A stretch of DNA of 64,000 nt from positions 18,911 to 82,910 of the forward strand of contig JBFMEZ010000013.1 in assembly GCA_040753215.1 (NCBI GenBank). Reading direction: 5' to 3'. The notes below the pieces were generated by a model. It was not told the origin of the DNA. It did not search any database and was given only the letters and a program-made list of their open reading frames with translations. Numbering within the stretch: the first letter of the stretch is position 1; every line of letters begins with the position of its first letter. This stretch comes from Candidatus Micrarchaeota archaeon (GTDB lineage: Archaea > Micrarchaeota > Micrarchaeia > Anstonellales > Bilamarchaeaceae). A program made the position numbers and the translations under genes. Positions 10,464-20,298 of the stretch are shown one piece after another.

Positions 10464-11785
10464 TACAGATATGCGCCACGTTGTTTCCCAACCACTTCAG
10501 GATCCAGTCTTGCAAGCCACTCTTTATACTCCGCTTCCAGCCCTAGGCTGCGGACGGCCTCCATCTCGGCTTCAATCGCTTTCTCGTGGGATCTCGTCCG
10601 CCCCTCCACAAATTCGTGATAGGCGACTATTTGGCGTAAATTCTCAGGCACATCTTCAGAAATAGCAATTGCACGCTCATTCACCCTCCCATGGTTATCT
10701 AACACCTTCGCGGGGAGCAGGAAATATTTGAACCGATTTCCCATGACCTCCGTTTCAATCAGGCGCCCCTCGCAGGCGGCCATGAAATACCTGTATGTCA
10801 AAAGATGATTGAATATGACCATGTCATACATGCCTGGCTTGATACGTTCCTCAAGCAGCCTGCGCGATTCAGGAGTGAGAATCCCCACCAGCTTTTCCAT
10901 ATCCACCGCTGGTGCGATGTTAACAAAAGTGGATGCGAACCGCGGGTTTTTTCCGATGTGGCGGTTTATTGCCCGCGCTATGTGCCCGGTCGCATCCCAC
11001 AATTCATTCCCGTTTAATCTGCCGATCTGGTCCAGCACGGCTTTGGCTGCGCGCCCATCCCTCTCCCTCGCCAGCATCCCCAGCACCAGCGTGCCCGACT
11101 TTTCGGTAAAGCCGATGAAAAAGAGTGCCGTTTGCCACCTGATGCTGCTGTCAGCGTCGGAGAGGAGGGGTTTCAGCGTTTCCACAACCCTTTCTTTTTC
11201 CTGCGGGCATTTTCCGCAAAGGCCGCTTATCCCCGCAAGCACGTCATAAATGTACTCCCCGCCCTCTTCCAGTGCCCGCCCAAGCAGGAATCCAAGCAGT
11301 TCCGGCTTCCCTATATGGCCTAACTCCTGGTACGCCATGGACTTTGTTTTGCCGCTGGAGCCGCATGCTATGGCTGCAAACAGGTCTGTGATAGCCTCCC
11401 TTTCCCTTCCAACGTAACCCTCGAACTCAAGCATGCTGCGGAGTGTTGCGTCATCCGTTTTTTCCACAAAATCTGCCGCCACCACAATGTCGTCTTTCGT
11501 CATCCTGGGAGAATTCCCAAATACCGCTTCAATACTCTCAAGACTCCAGGTTGCGGCTTGTTTGGCCAATTCCTTGCAATTGTTTCTTTCGTCGTCCAGA
11601 ATGTGCACCTGCCTGAGGCAGGCCTCGCGGTCCATTCTAACGAGCTTCGGCATCTCCCTCTTCCCGCCGCCTTCCAATTCAGCTATGGGATTCTCCCCGC
11701 TGAATTTCTTTCGCCGGGGTTTTCCTGCGGGCTTGCCGCTATGTGCATGTGCAATTTCTTTAGGGCATCCGCTGGCATCTTTCAC
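10463..11785 (-). CDS. hypothetical protein with HEAT-like repeats and a C-terminal HE..E...H metal-binding-like motif
   Basis: LKPLLSDADSSIRWQTA HEAT-like unit; IVAYHEFVEGRTRSHEKAIEAE. Confidence 0.6.
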   Translation of the reverse strand: MKDASGCPKEIAHAHSGKPAGKPRRKKFSGENPIAELEGGGKREMPKLVRMDREACLRQVHILDDERNNCKELAKQAATWSLESIEAVFGNSPRMTKDDIVVAADFVEKTDDATLRSMLEFEGYVGREREAITDLFAAIACGSSGKTKSMAYQELGHIGKPELLGFLLGRALEEGGEYIYDVLAGISGLCGKCPQEKERVVETLKPLLSDADSSIRWQTALFFIGFTEKSGTLVLGMLARERDGRAAKAVLDQIGRLNGNELWDATGHIARAINRHIGKNPRFASTFVNIAPAVDMEKLVGILTPESRRLLEERIKPGMYDMVIFNHLLTYRYFMAACEGRLIETEVMGNRFKYFLLPAKVLDNHGRVNERAIAISEDVPENLRQIVAYHEFVEGRTRSHEKAIEAEMEAVRSLGLEAEYKEWLARLDPEVVGKQRGAYL

Positions 11786-11842
11786 ATTAGTATTATGGCG
11801 AGAGGGCTTTAAAAACCTTTATTTTACTCTGTTTATAACATT

Positions 11843-11863
11843 TATACGTTGAAAGACGGAAAT
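11843..11863. repeat. 21-bp direct repeat, right copy (partner 10443-10463)
   Basis: TATACGTTGAAAGACGGAAAT. Confidence 0.8.
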
Positions 11864-11957
11864 CAAAGCTACTCCGCCCCCTCATCTCAGACAATGCAAG
11901 CTCCGCCGCCGTTTCGTAATCAATGGGGTTGGGCGTGAGCGCGGCCATTTCGCCACG

Positions 11958-11981
11958 TTTGTTATCAAATATGATAACAAA
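11958..11981. promoter_or_regulatory. perfect 10-bp inverted repeat, probable AbiE operator
   Basis: TTTGTTATCA-AATA-TGATAACAAA about 65 bp upstream of the abiEii start; AbiEi antitoxins are known to bind promoter inverted repeats. Confidence 0.6.
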
Positions 11982-12045
11982 GCCCTCTTCGTCTTACAAT
12001 CAACCAAAATGATACTTTTTTATAACTTTGGTTAATCATATATTT

Positions 12046-12693
12046 ATGCAGATCCCACTAAGGAACCGCCTCAGGAAGAGGCTGCACACGGAAACAGCCA
12101 TGCTCCAGGACGAGGTGGCGGACATGGTCTATTCGATAGAGCCAAAAGCAGTCCTGCACGGAGGCACCGCAATCTGGCGCTGCTACGGCGGGAACAGGTT
12201 TTCAGAGGATTTGGACTTCTACTTCCCGCCGGAAAAGGATTTTGAAAAAAACCTTAGGGAAAAGGCTTCGGAGAGGGGCCTTTCCATCCCCAAGTACAAG
12301 ATGACGGAGAATGTAATCTTCGCAAAAATCTCGGGCGGAGAAACTGAAGTGAGGCTGGAGATAAACCTTTCCGCAAGAAAGAAGGGAATCCCGAAGCCCT
12401 ACGAGAGGCTGGACGGCTCATTTATGGATGTATTTACGCTTTCTCCGGAAGAGCTGATTCTTGAGAAGATAAGCGCGTATTCCGGAAGGAGGCTCATCCG
12501 CGACATATATGACATCTACCATCTGAGCAGGCTCATAACGGATGATTCGCTGGTGAAGAAAGAAATGCAGAAGTTCCTTAAGGAAATCCCGGCTCCGCTG
12601 GACGAGAAAACCCTCGCGGCTCTTCTCTACTCCGGGGCGGTGCCATCCTTCGCCCAGATGGGGGAGGCGCTCAATGCGAGGTTTTCAAAATGA
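12046..12693 (+). CDS. abiEii: AbiEii-family nucleotidyltransferase toxin (type IV TA)
   Basis: LHGGTAI..CYG.NRFSEDLDF; EK..A...R...RDIYDIY. Confidence 0.92.
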   Translation: MQIPLRNRLRKRLHTETAMLQDEVADMVYSIEPKAVLHGGTAIWRCYGGNRFSEDLDFYFPPEKDFEKNLREKASERGLSIPKYKMTENVIFAKISGGETEVRLEINLSARKKGIPKPYERLDGSFMDVFTLSPEELILEKISAYSGRRLIRDIYDIYHLSRLITDDSLVKKEMQKFLKEIPAPLDEKTLAALLYSGAVPSFAQMGEALNARFSK

Positions 12694-13343
12694 AGTATAT
12701 GGAGGATTTCCGGAGGCATTTCCGGGAGGCGCCCGCCTTCACCGCGAGGGATGCCCGCGTTTTCCTTTCCGGGAAAGGGATAAGCGGGGATTATCTCCGC
12801 ACCCTGCTCCGCAACCTCGTGAAAAAAGGCGAATTGAAGAGGATTTCCAAAGGGGCCTATACCTTTAGGGAGGAGGCGGCGGTTGCCGGCTTCGCGTTCC
12901 AGCCCTTCTATTACGGATTGGAGGAGGCCCTCACTTTGCGCAAGCTCTGGGAGCAGGAAACGAATCCGGTCATAATAACCCCCAGAAGGGTAAGAAGCGG
13001 GGTTAGGAGTTTCCTCGGCACCAACATAGTGGTGAGGAGGATAAGCAGGGGGATGTTCTTCGGCTTTTCCATGGTCAGGCATTACGGCATGTGGCTGCCG
13101 GTCTCGGACGTAGAGAAAACCCTGATAGATTTCTTCCATTTCAGGCAGCATCTTCCGAAGGAGGCGCTTGCGGAGATGAAAAAGCAGATAAGGAAGGATG
13201 TGCTGGAGGAGTATCTCAAAAGATGCCCGAAGCGCCTTGCCCTCAAGGTTAGGAATGCACTCAGCAAATCCCAGTGCGTATCTATTTATGGCTCTTTCCC
13301 CCCACCAGCTCGCTTTTCATCATCAGCGAGAAGGCGCCAGTGA
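12690..13343 (+). CDS. abiEi: AbiEi-like antitoxin / winged-helix regulator
   Basis: ATGA overlap with the toxin; wHTH ending LKRISKGAY; Y.GLE.AL; VSDVEKTLID. Confidence 0.85.
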   Translation: MKYMEDFRRHFREAPAFTARDARVFLSGKGISGDYLRTLLRNLVKKGELKRISKGAYTFREEAAVAGFAFQPFYYGLEEALTLRKLWEQETNPVIITPRRVRSGVRSFLGTNIVVRRISRGMFFGFSMVRHYGMWLPVSDVEKTLIDFFHFRQHLPKEALAEMKKQIRKDVLEEYLKRCPKRLALKVRNALSKSQCVSIYGSFPPPARFSSSARRRQ

Positions 13344-13866
13344 AATCCAACGGCTCCAGCATGAGCGCGGCCATTCCAAGCTGCCCCGCCGCCCTCTCAG
13401 CTCTGCCCCCTTCTTTGTTCTTCTTCGCCTCCCCAACGCAGAAATCCACGAGCCTCCTTACGATTCTTTCCTCCTCCGCCTGGTTGCACACCGCAGCCCA
13501 GTGGCAGGCATCCACAGCTTCAAAGGCCCTTCCCGCAAGCACGAAGTTCCTCGCCGCCCTCTCATAAAGTTCGGAGGCGAGTTCCCGGTCTGCGCCCCTC
13601 TGCTCATCCGCCGCGGAGGAGAACTCCCTTCCGGCTTCCAAATACTTCCCGGCCTCCTCGAGGCACACTCCCGCCCTATCTGGAGGGATGCCCGCATCCT
13701 TCGCATTTGAAAATCTCGCGAGATTGGCCAGCAGGCGGGTTCTTTCCGCGGGGCCGATTCCATCCACCAGGTCCCCGTCCCTGCGCGGAGCCCTTCCGAT
13801 TCGGAATATGCGCAGAACCCTTGCGCTCCCGCCGGCCCCTTCCATCACCCATGCCCCCTTCCGCAC
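13282..13866 (-). CDS. SNAP/TPR-like alpha-helical repeat protein
   Basis: CLEEAGKYLEAG...ASELYERAARNFVLAG...AVDACHWAAVC; last gene of a four-gene array. Confidence 0.6.
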   Translation of the reverse strand: MRKGAWVMEGAGGSARVLRIFRIGRAPRRDGDLVDGIGPAERTRLLANLARFSNAKDAGIPPDRAGVCLEEAGKYLEAGREFSSAADEQRGADRELASELYERAARNFVLAGRAFEAVDACHWAAVCNQAEEERIVRRLVDFCVGEAKKNKEGGRAERAAGQLGMAALMLEPLDFTGAFSLMMKSELVGGKSHK

Positions 13867-14330
13867 ATCGCAATCTTCCTCTCCACAATGCGCGGAACCC
13901 CGCCCATCCCCAGGGCAAGCTCGTACTGCTGCCTGGCAAGCTCCCGCACCTCAGCCTCGGGCACAGTCCCTCCCCGCGCCCCCTTGAATAGATGGTCCCC
14001 CGCGTCCTCGTGCATCCTTCCGGCCCTGCGCGCATCAATCCCTTCGCAGACAGAAGCGGCGAGGGAAAGAGCCTTTCCCGCGCCCACGAGGCAGTCAGCC
14101 CTCTCCCTCCCGGAGGATGCCTTTTGGGAGGCGGCGAGGTAAAACCCGAACGCCCTCTCCGCGGTGCGCGCGGCCGCCTGCGCATCGGTTCCCCTGAGCC
14201 TCATTGCGGAAACCATGAGTTCCCCGGCCAGCCCGGCAAGGCTTTTGGCTGGATAATCCTCCAGAGGCGCCCTCCTGCGCCTGGCCCTCCTGGAATGTCT
14301 TTCCCTTTCCAGAGCCCGCGCCTCAGCCAT
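13845..14330 (-). CDS. SNAP/TPR-like alpha-helical repeat protein
   Basis: AERAFGFYLAA, ADCLVGAGKAL, AGRMHEDAGDHL, ARQQYELAL. Confidence 0.6.
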   Translation of the reverse strand: MAEARALERERHSRRARRRRAPLEDYPAKSLAGLAGELMVSAMRLRGTDAQAAARTAERAFGFYLAASQKASSGRERADCLVGAGKALSLAASVCEGIDARRAGRMHEDAGDHLFKGARGGTVPEAEVRELARQQYELALGMGGVPRIVERKIAMCGRGHG

Positions 14331-14341
14331 TCAAAATCCTC

Positions 14342-15559
14342 TCATTCAAGCGTATGCCCCGCCCTCTCCGCCTCGGCTATCAGGCACCCCTTCTTGGCCC
14401 CCAATTCCAGCAGCCTGCCCGGCGCATGCTGCTGTGCAAGCCGGGTTGCTGCGGCGTATTCCGCCTTCGCCTCCTTGAAGTACCTTTCCACCTCGTCCTC
14501 GCGCTGGTTCTCTGCAGTGGTGTAAATGTCCCCTGCCCGTATGTGCAGATCAAGCGAGGCGGCGGGGTCCACCAGCTCCAGCAATTTCGCCGCGGCTGCG
14601 AACTCATTTGCCGCATGATGGTCAACGCCCCTATGCACGGCAAGCAGCTCACCAGCCTTGACCTTGAGCCTCGCTGCCTCAGCCGGCTCCCTTTCCGCAA
14701 TCGAATCCGCGGCCTTTGAGCACATGTCCGCTGCCCCATGCCCGTCCCCCGCCGCCTCATAGAGCGCCCTCGCCTTCAGATACAATGGATGCGCCAGCTC
14801 GGGGCGTATCTTACCCCTCAGTTCAGCAGCAAGGCGAGACACGTATGCCGCTTCTTTCGTTTCATTGCCGCCCTCAAGCACCCGGATCATTGACATGAAG
14901 CTCGCTACGGCCCCCTCAATCAGTTTCTCTGCCCTCGCAGGGTCGCATTCCGCCGCTCTGGCGAAGCAACCCATTGCGGAAGAAGCTTGTGACGACGCGG
15001 TCAGATACACACAACCGCTTTGTTCGTAAAGCCGGGAAGCCCTTTTCGCATCAATCCCCTTCAGCAGGTCCGCGGCAAGCTTGAGGGCCAGCGCCTTGCC
15101 GAGATGCTTGTTTTCTCCGTGGGCTTCTTTCGCAAATGTGATGAAGCGCTCAGCCGCGCTCCGTGCCATCCTCTCCTTCCCTTCCGGGCTGTTACGTATT
15201 GCGGACCCGAACGCGTGGAATGCCTCGTTCAGCATCCCGGCGCGGAGATAGTTGAGCGCTCCCCTCCATGCGAGCTTTCCTGCGATGGGTTTGTTATCCA
15301 TGCGGCCGCACAACAGCGTAGCGAACATCCCGCCCGCGCTGGCGTATTCGCCCTCCCTCTCATATCTCTCCGCAAGCCTGAACGCCGCCGCGAACTCGGC
15401 CGGCTCCGTTTTCTCGCGGAGTGGGGCGTCCCCGAAGAGCCTCGTGAAGGCCCTCTTAGCCATCTCATCCGCCCTCTGCCGCATCCTGTCCGCGGCGTCC
15501 AGAGTCCTCCTCGCGTTCCTTCCCTCGTCCGGCTTCCGTACCTTTCCAAGTCCAGTCAT
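14342..15559 (-). CDS. SNAP/TPR-like alpha-helical repeat protein (405 aa)
   Basis: Repeated ASRLYEQSGCVY, AMGCFARAAEC, LYLKARALYEAAG, AADMCSKAADS, AANEFAAAAKL. Confidence 0.7.
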   Translation of the reverse strand: MTGLGKVRKPDEGRNARRTLDAADRMRQRADEMAKRAFTRLFGDAPLREKTEPAEFAAAFRLAERYEREGEYASAGGMFATLLCGRMDNKPIAGKLAWRGALNYLRAGMLNEAFHAFGSAIRNSPEGKERMARSAAERFITFAKEAHGENKHLGKALALKLAADLLKGIDAKRASRLYEQSGCVYLTASSQASSAMGCFARAAECDPARAEKLIEGAVASFMSMIRVLEGGNETKEAAYVSRLAAELRGKIRPELAHPLYLKARALYEAAGDGHGAADMCSKAADSIAEREPAEAARLKVKAGELLAVHRGVDHHAANEFAAAAKLLELVDPAASLDLHIRAGDIYTTAENQREDEVERYFKEAKAEYAAATRLAQQHAPGRLLELGAKKGCLIAEAERAGHTLE

Positions 15560-15569
15560 TCAAATCCCC

Positions 15570-16343
15570 CTATCCATTCTCCGGAACCAGCCCACACATG
15601 CTCTCCGTGCTCCGCTCGCTCCACATAACCAGCCAGCCCACCCCGAACCTTTCAAGGCATCCTGGATTGGAGGATTCCAGGTTCTTAAGAACCTCGGGCT
15701 CAGGAAGGACTGGGAGCGGCATGAATCCCTCCATCCCCTGCCCCACAAGGTTCCCGTGTATCCTTCCGATGAATCCGATTATGGCGGCATCCCCAACCTG
15801 CCTCGGGCCGAGCCGGCAGTCCTTTATCACCCTGTCCGCCTGCTCAAAATCCTCACGCCTTATCAGCTCCGCAAGCGCGATGAAGCCGGCGCGCACGAAT
15901 TCCTTGGCGCTGATGCCGGCGGATGCGCGGTCTACGGCGGAATGCAGCTTCTCCCTTGCCGCTTCCGGAATATCCCTCAGGTCCTCCTCGCGGTGGGACA
16001 CCATCATGTTTGCGAGGAGCTCCACCCTCAGGCCGCTGGTTTCCGCCCCCTCCCTCTCCGCCTTCTCAAACCTTTCCGCGAGGGACGGCAGGTTGTATGG
16101 CGCGTCCATTTTCGGGATGTGCCTCCCCACCTCAAGCGCGCGGCGCACCCTCGCGTCCGCATGCAGCCACTCAAGGGCCGCGGTTGCCTTCCCCGCGTTA
16201 TCCCCGCGCCTCAGCGAAGCGAGCGCGTTGTCGCACAGCAGCTCCGCCCTGCTCAACGCATTTTCCGGCTGCCTGCGAATCGCGTCCGCCTGGCCCTCCT
16301 TCCACCTCACCACCGCACTCACAGTCCTATTTGCAGTTGCCAT
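15570..16343 (-). CDS. alpha-helical hypothetical protein
   Basis: Same strand as the array with 10-nt spacing; Ala/Leu/Glu/Arg-rich helical composition. Confidence 0.6.
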   Translation of the reverse strand: MATANRTVSAVVRWKEGQADAIRRQPENALSRAELLCDNALASLRRGDNAGKATAALEWLHADARVRRALEVGRHIPKMDAPYNLPSLAERFEKAEREGAETSGLRVELLANMMVSHREEDLRDIPEAAREKLHSAVDRASAGISAKEFVRAGFIALAELIRREDFEQADRVIKDCRLGPRQVGDAAIIGFIGRIHGNLVGQGMEGFMPLPVLPEPEVLKNLESSNPGCLERFGVGWLVMWSERSTESMCGLVPENG

Positions 16344-16552
16344 GTCAAATCCCCAGTTAATCATAATCCATAGGCACGATTCCATCTTCCTCGTCCCGCA
16401 TTTCGCGGTCTATGCCGTCTATTTTTCTCCCCAGCATCTCCGCCCTCGCCGGGTCGGTTTTCCTCACCAAATCCGCGGCAGCCCTGTGAAATCCCCGCAT
16501 TCTATTTGTGCAAAAAGTTTTATTAAACAGATTATGCGCGCTTGCACAACAA

Positions 16553-17110
16553 CTAGAAATCAGAAAAGAGGTCTATCTGGGGATATCCGAGGGAAGCCGG
16601 AATGCCCCGCACGCTCCCGTTGCCGAGGCCGTCTCTGAATTTAAGTATGGAATCCACAAGAAGCCCGTGCGCAAGTGCATAGCGGCTGGTGAGGAATTCC
16701 ATCTCCTCCGGCGAAACCTCCTCGGAAGTGAGCGCGGAATTGCACCTGCCCACGAACTCCTCCGCGACCTCCTGTGCGGTGCGGGCAATCTGTATGGCGC
16801 CCAGCGCACCCTCAAACGCCTGCCTGTCATAAAGGCGGGACACATCTACAGAGTGGCCGACCATCTTTTCCAGTATCTGGCTGAGCGCGTAGATGTAGTT
16901 CCTCATGTTTGCAATTGAGGAATCGGTCTGGTTGCGGTCAAGGATTATCAAGGGCACGGAAACCCCGCCCTGTGCAACGACTGTGGCGCGGCTGTCCATG
17001 GCCCCTCCGCACCCTATGGCACCTAGCGCAAGAAGCGTGGCTGCGCGCAGGAACTCCCTTCTGGAGGGCCTGCCCTCCGGGCCGCCTGCAGGCCTGGTTT
17101 CAGTTTTCAT
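16553..17110 (-). CDS. putative Tat-exported lipoprotein
   Basis: SRREFL twin-arginine motif, hydrophobic stretch, lipobox-like GAIG-C. Confidence 0.7.
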   Translation of the reverse strand: MKTETRPAGGPEGRPSRREFLRAATLLALGAIGCGGAMDSRATVVAQGGVSVPLIILDRNQTDSSIANMRNYIYALSQILEKMVGHSVDVSRLYDRQAFEGALGAIQIARTAQEVAEEFVGRCNSALTSEEVSPEEMEFLTSRYALAHGLLVDSILKFRDGLGNGSVRGIPASLGYPQIDLFSDF

Positions 17111-17415
17111 ACGCCCGCTTCCGGCCGTGGGAGCGCCTCAATTTTAAAGGGATTAAGGAGCGCATCAGCTTCCTGCGCGGTAACCCCGTACCTCGCAGCG
17201 TTCCTCACCGCGAAGGCGGTGCACCCGTCCTTCTTCGCCGCAATCAGCATCATGATGCCCGCCCTCCTCACGCATCCCCTCCGGCACCCCCTCTCCCCCG
17301 CGTAGTGCGCGCTCACTCTCGCATCCCTTCCCTTGAGCATGTTCGGGAACTTCCCGTTGCCTATCTCGCCAAGAGCTCTCATATTCATATAAATACCCTT
17401 ATTATAACATGCCAC
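17107..17415 (-). CDS. hypothetical protein
   Basis: ATGA-type 4-nt overlap with the downstream Tat lipoprotein gene. Confidence 0.4.
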   Translation of the reverse strand: MACYNKGIYMNMRALGEIGNGKFPNMLKGRDARVSAHYAGERGCRRGCVRRAGIMMLIAAKKDGCTAFAVRNAARYGVTAQEADALLNPFKIEALPRPEAGV

Positions 17416-17562
17416 AGACGGTTTTTAAACCTTCCTTTTGGCCGCATGCCGCTTCCAGGCCACATCCTCTGCACATGCCTATTCATGTGCGTTTATGCTT
17501 TAAATCCGCCCATCCCCCGCCTTTAATACGTTTTCGAAAGTAACACGCGCAGGTGGCATGGA

Positions 17563-17892
17563 ATGGCAAGAAGCCCGCTGCTGGCGCTGGTGATGGCGTT
17601 CATACCGCTGGTGAACCTGTACCTCATTTACAAATGGTGGGAGGAGCTCAAGGTTGCGACAAAGGCGGATTACGACCCGCTGATAAGGCTTATCCTGATC
17701 CTCATCCCCTTTGTGAACATCTACTACCTGTGGAAGCTGTTCGCGGACGTGGAGAAGGCATCCATGGCGAAAGGGAAGGGAGGGTTCGCGCTCGGGGCGA
17801 CCTGGATGTACGTGCTGTCGTTCATCCTGCTCGGCATACCTTTCCTCTACATGTTCTACAAGAACCAGGCGCTCCTGAATGCAATAGAGTGA
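17563..17892 (+). CDS. DUF4234-like small membrane protein
   Basis: IP.VN.Y..YKW repeated twice, three TM helices, .Q..LNA end. Confidence 0.7.
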   Translation: MARSPLLALVMAFIPLVNLYLIYKWWEELKVATKADYDPLIRLILILIPFVNIYYLWKLFADVEKASMAKGKGGFALGATWMYVLSFILLGIPFLYMFYKNQALLNAIE

Positions 17893-17943
17893 ATTTTTCT
17901 TTTTTCCATCATCTTTTTATATTCCCGAACCCCAATCCAACCC

Positions 17944-18849
17944 ATGGATGAAATAAAGGATTTCAATTTCCGGAAGGCGCCTAAGCTTTCCGAGCTCATA
18001 AATGCATACGGGAATGCGGGCTTCCAGGCAACCGAACTGCGCAAGGCAGTGGAACTCATGAAGAAGATGAGGAAGGAGAAGTGCACCGTATTCCTTGCAT
18101 TCACCGCGAATATGGCGGCCTCCGGGCTTAGGGGAATCTTCGCGCAGATGGTTAAAGAGGGATGGGCGGACGCAATCATCACTACGGGAGGTTCTCTCGA
18201 CCATGACATGATTAAGGCTTATGATTCGTATTTCCTCGGCTCTTTTTCCGCGGATGATGCGAAGCTGCACCAGGAGGGAGTGAACAGGATAGGGAACATT
18301 CTGGTTCCGAATGAGAGATACGAACTGCTGGAAGAGAAGCTGAAACCCGTATTTGAAGAAATGGCGAGGCGGTCGCCGGTTTCCCCCTCTGAATTCGCGA
18401 TGGAAATGGGAAGGCTGATAGAAGATGAGGGCTCATTCCTTATGCAGGCGTACAAGAGGAAAGTCCCGGTATTTTCTCCGGGCATAACCGATTCCGCAAT
18501 AGGATTGCAGGCCTATTTCGCAAAGCAGAAGCACAGGGAGTTTGCAATAGATGTGACGAAGGATACGAAGGGATTAGCGGACCTTGTTTTGAATGCGGAG
18601 AGGACCGCGGCGATAGTTCTTGGAGGAGGGATTTCAAAGCATCATACCATCGGCGTCAATTTGCTGCGGGGCGGATTGGACTATGCCCTCTACGTATCCA
18701 CTTCCGAATCTTATGATGGAAGCTTAAGCGGAGCACCCGCGTCCGAAGCGGTGAGCTGGGGAAAGATTTCCGAAGGAGGGAAGCACGTAACGGTGAGGGC
18801 GGACGCGACCCTGGCGTTCCCGCTCATCTGGTATGCGGCGAGGGAATAA
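17944..18849 (+). CDS. dys: deoxyhypusine synthase
   Basis: GFQAT.L, TANM.ASGLRG, NRIGN, GGGISKHH, DGSLSGA...EAVSWGK. Confidence 0.97.
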   Translation: MDEIKDFNFRKAPKLSELINAYGNAGFQATELRKAVELMKKMRKEKCTVFLAFTANMAASGLRGIFAQMVKEGWADAIITTGGSLDHDMIKAYDSYFLGSFSADDAKLHQEGVNRIGNILVPNERYELLEEKLKPVFEEMARRSPVSPSEFAMEMGRLIEDEGSFLMQAYKRKVPVFSPGITDSAIGLQAYFAKQKHREFAIDVTKDTKGLADLVLNAERTAAIVLGGGISKHHTIGVNLLRGGLDYALYVSTSESYDGSLSGAPASEAVSWGKISEGGKHVTVRADATLAFPLIWYAARE

Positions 18850-18890
18850 CAATATAACTTTTCCGAAAGATACTTCCGCGGGGGTTAGAG

Positions 18891-19400
18891 ATGTACGATG
18901 TGCTCGCAGCCGTGATTTCCGGTGGCGCAATAAAAGTCGTGGATTTCATAGAAGATGAGCGCGGCGGAAAGGGATTCATAAAGTGGATAATGGCGCTCAT
19001 CGCCGGGCTCGCGTACGCATACCTCCTTTCCTTCTCCGCGGCCTCTGGGCTTTTCCTCGCAATCATAGCCGCGCAGGTGTTCATGGCGAAGGTGGACAAG
19101 GTCTCCCACGGGCTCGCGGTCATGGTCGCGGTGGTGGCCTCGCTTTTCTTCGGCATAGGGATGATTGATCTCTGGTACCTGCTCGCATTCTTCATACTCG
19201 CATGCATAGACGAGATTCCGCTCACGGGGGATTTGGCCCAGCTTGGGGAATACCGCCTGTGGCTAAAGGGAGGCACGCTCTCCGTGGGTCTCATAACCGG
19301 CGCATGGACCTACTTCATTCTCCTGGTGGCATTCGACATGGCCTACCTGGCGGCTGCGCATTACATGGGAGAGAAAATACGCCCGATGCGCAGGAGATAA
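18891..19400 (+). CDS. multi-pass membrane protein
   Basis: About five TM helices; K..D...DE, KVD...H and D motifs. Confidence 0.75.
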   Translation: MYDVLAAVISGGAIKVVDFIEDERGGKGFIKWIMALIAGLAYAYLLSFSAASGLFLAIIAAQVFMAKVDKVSHGLAVMVAVVASLFFGIGMIDLWYLLAFFILACIDEIPLTGDLAQLGEYRLWLKGGTLSVGLITGAWTYFILLVAFDMAYLAAAHYMGEKIRPMRRR

Positions 19401-19466
19401 GCCGGCGCGCCGGTGTGCAAATAAGTTTATATTCCTTTTCTTCTACTATTCCGCACAGTGCGTCAG

Positions 19467-19841
19467 ATGGAATCGGCAGGTGCGACCGTAATCGTCAGGG
19501 AAGTGCGGAAAGCCCCCAGCGTGAGGCCTCCTGCACCTGTTTCCGCAGGCCGCGGGGACATGAGGACTCCCCCGAATCTCATCCGGGAGGTATTGGCGGA
19601 AGGGCAGAGGGCGCCACCGATACCAAAATCACGAAGGGAATTCGAGCTTAGGAAAATAAGGGAGATTGTCGCGAGGCTGAGCCCCACCCTGTCTGATGAT
19701 GAGAGGCAGGAGCTGGAAATCGCTGCGGGGAAGGCCGAACAGGCCGGAATCAGCCCCAAAACGGAGTTCATCGCGCACCTGCGTGGCCTTTTTCCTATGG
19801 TGCTGGAGGCCTACGCAAAGATTGAGACGCATGCAGCGTAG
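19467..19841 (+). CDS. hypothetical protein
   Basis: Pro/Arg-rich N-terminus with helical C-terminus. Confidence 0.55.
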   Translation: MESAGATVIVREVRKAPSVRPPAPVSAGRGDMRTPPNLIREVLAEGQRAPPIPKSRREFELRKIREIVARLSPTLSDDERQELEIAAGKAEQAGISPKTEFIAHLRGLFPMVLEAYAKIETHAA

Positions 19842-19883
19842 CCTGGTGCATTAATCTTACTTATTAGTAGCCGCGGAATATAT

Positions 19884-20249
19884 ATGCAAGGCGATTCAAT
19901 GGAATCAGCGTTATCGTTCACGGTCAGCGAGCGCCTTCGAGCACCCGCTAATCCTCCGGAAAGGAGAGGAATCCAGACCAGGCCCGAACTGGCGATGCCC
20001 CGGAAATCCCCCTCAACGAAAGAAGAGGCCAGGGCATGCCAGATTGCGCTGGTGAGGATGGTCGCCTCGGAACTGAAGAAGGATTCCCCCAGGCATATAG
20101 AAAGGGAGATAGAGATCGCGGAAGAGGCGGCCGTGTTCGTCAGGGGCGTATGGCCCAAGGCAGAGTTCCTTGCGCTCCTGAATGCGGAATTATTTTATAA
20201 GGCGCTCCTGCAGTTCGAAGTGCTGGAATCGATGAAGGCAGTGGCCTGA
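19884..20249 (+). CDS. hypothetical protein
   Basis: Same layout as the preceding ORF. Confidence 0.55.
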   Translation: MQGDSMESALSFTVSERLRAPANPPERRGIQTRPELAMPRKSPSTKEEARACQIALVRMVASELKKDSPRHIEREIEIAEEAAVFVRGVWPKAEFLALLNAELFYKALLQFEVLESMKAVA

Positions 20250-20298
20250 TTAGTGGAAGGGAACCCCACATAATATTATATTCCCTCCAGCGCAAAAT

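Noticed and set aside
15252-16638. Long plus-strand ORFs (373 and 346 aa) over the helical array
   Set aside because: Low-information antisense frames; the minus-strand ORFs form a tightly packed operon.
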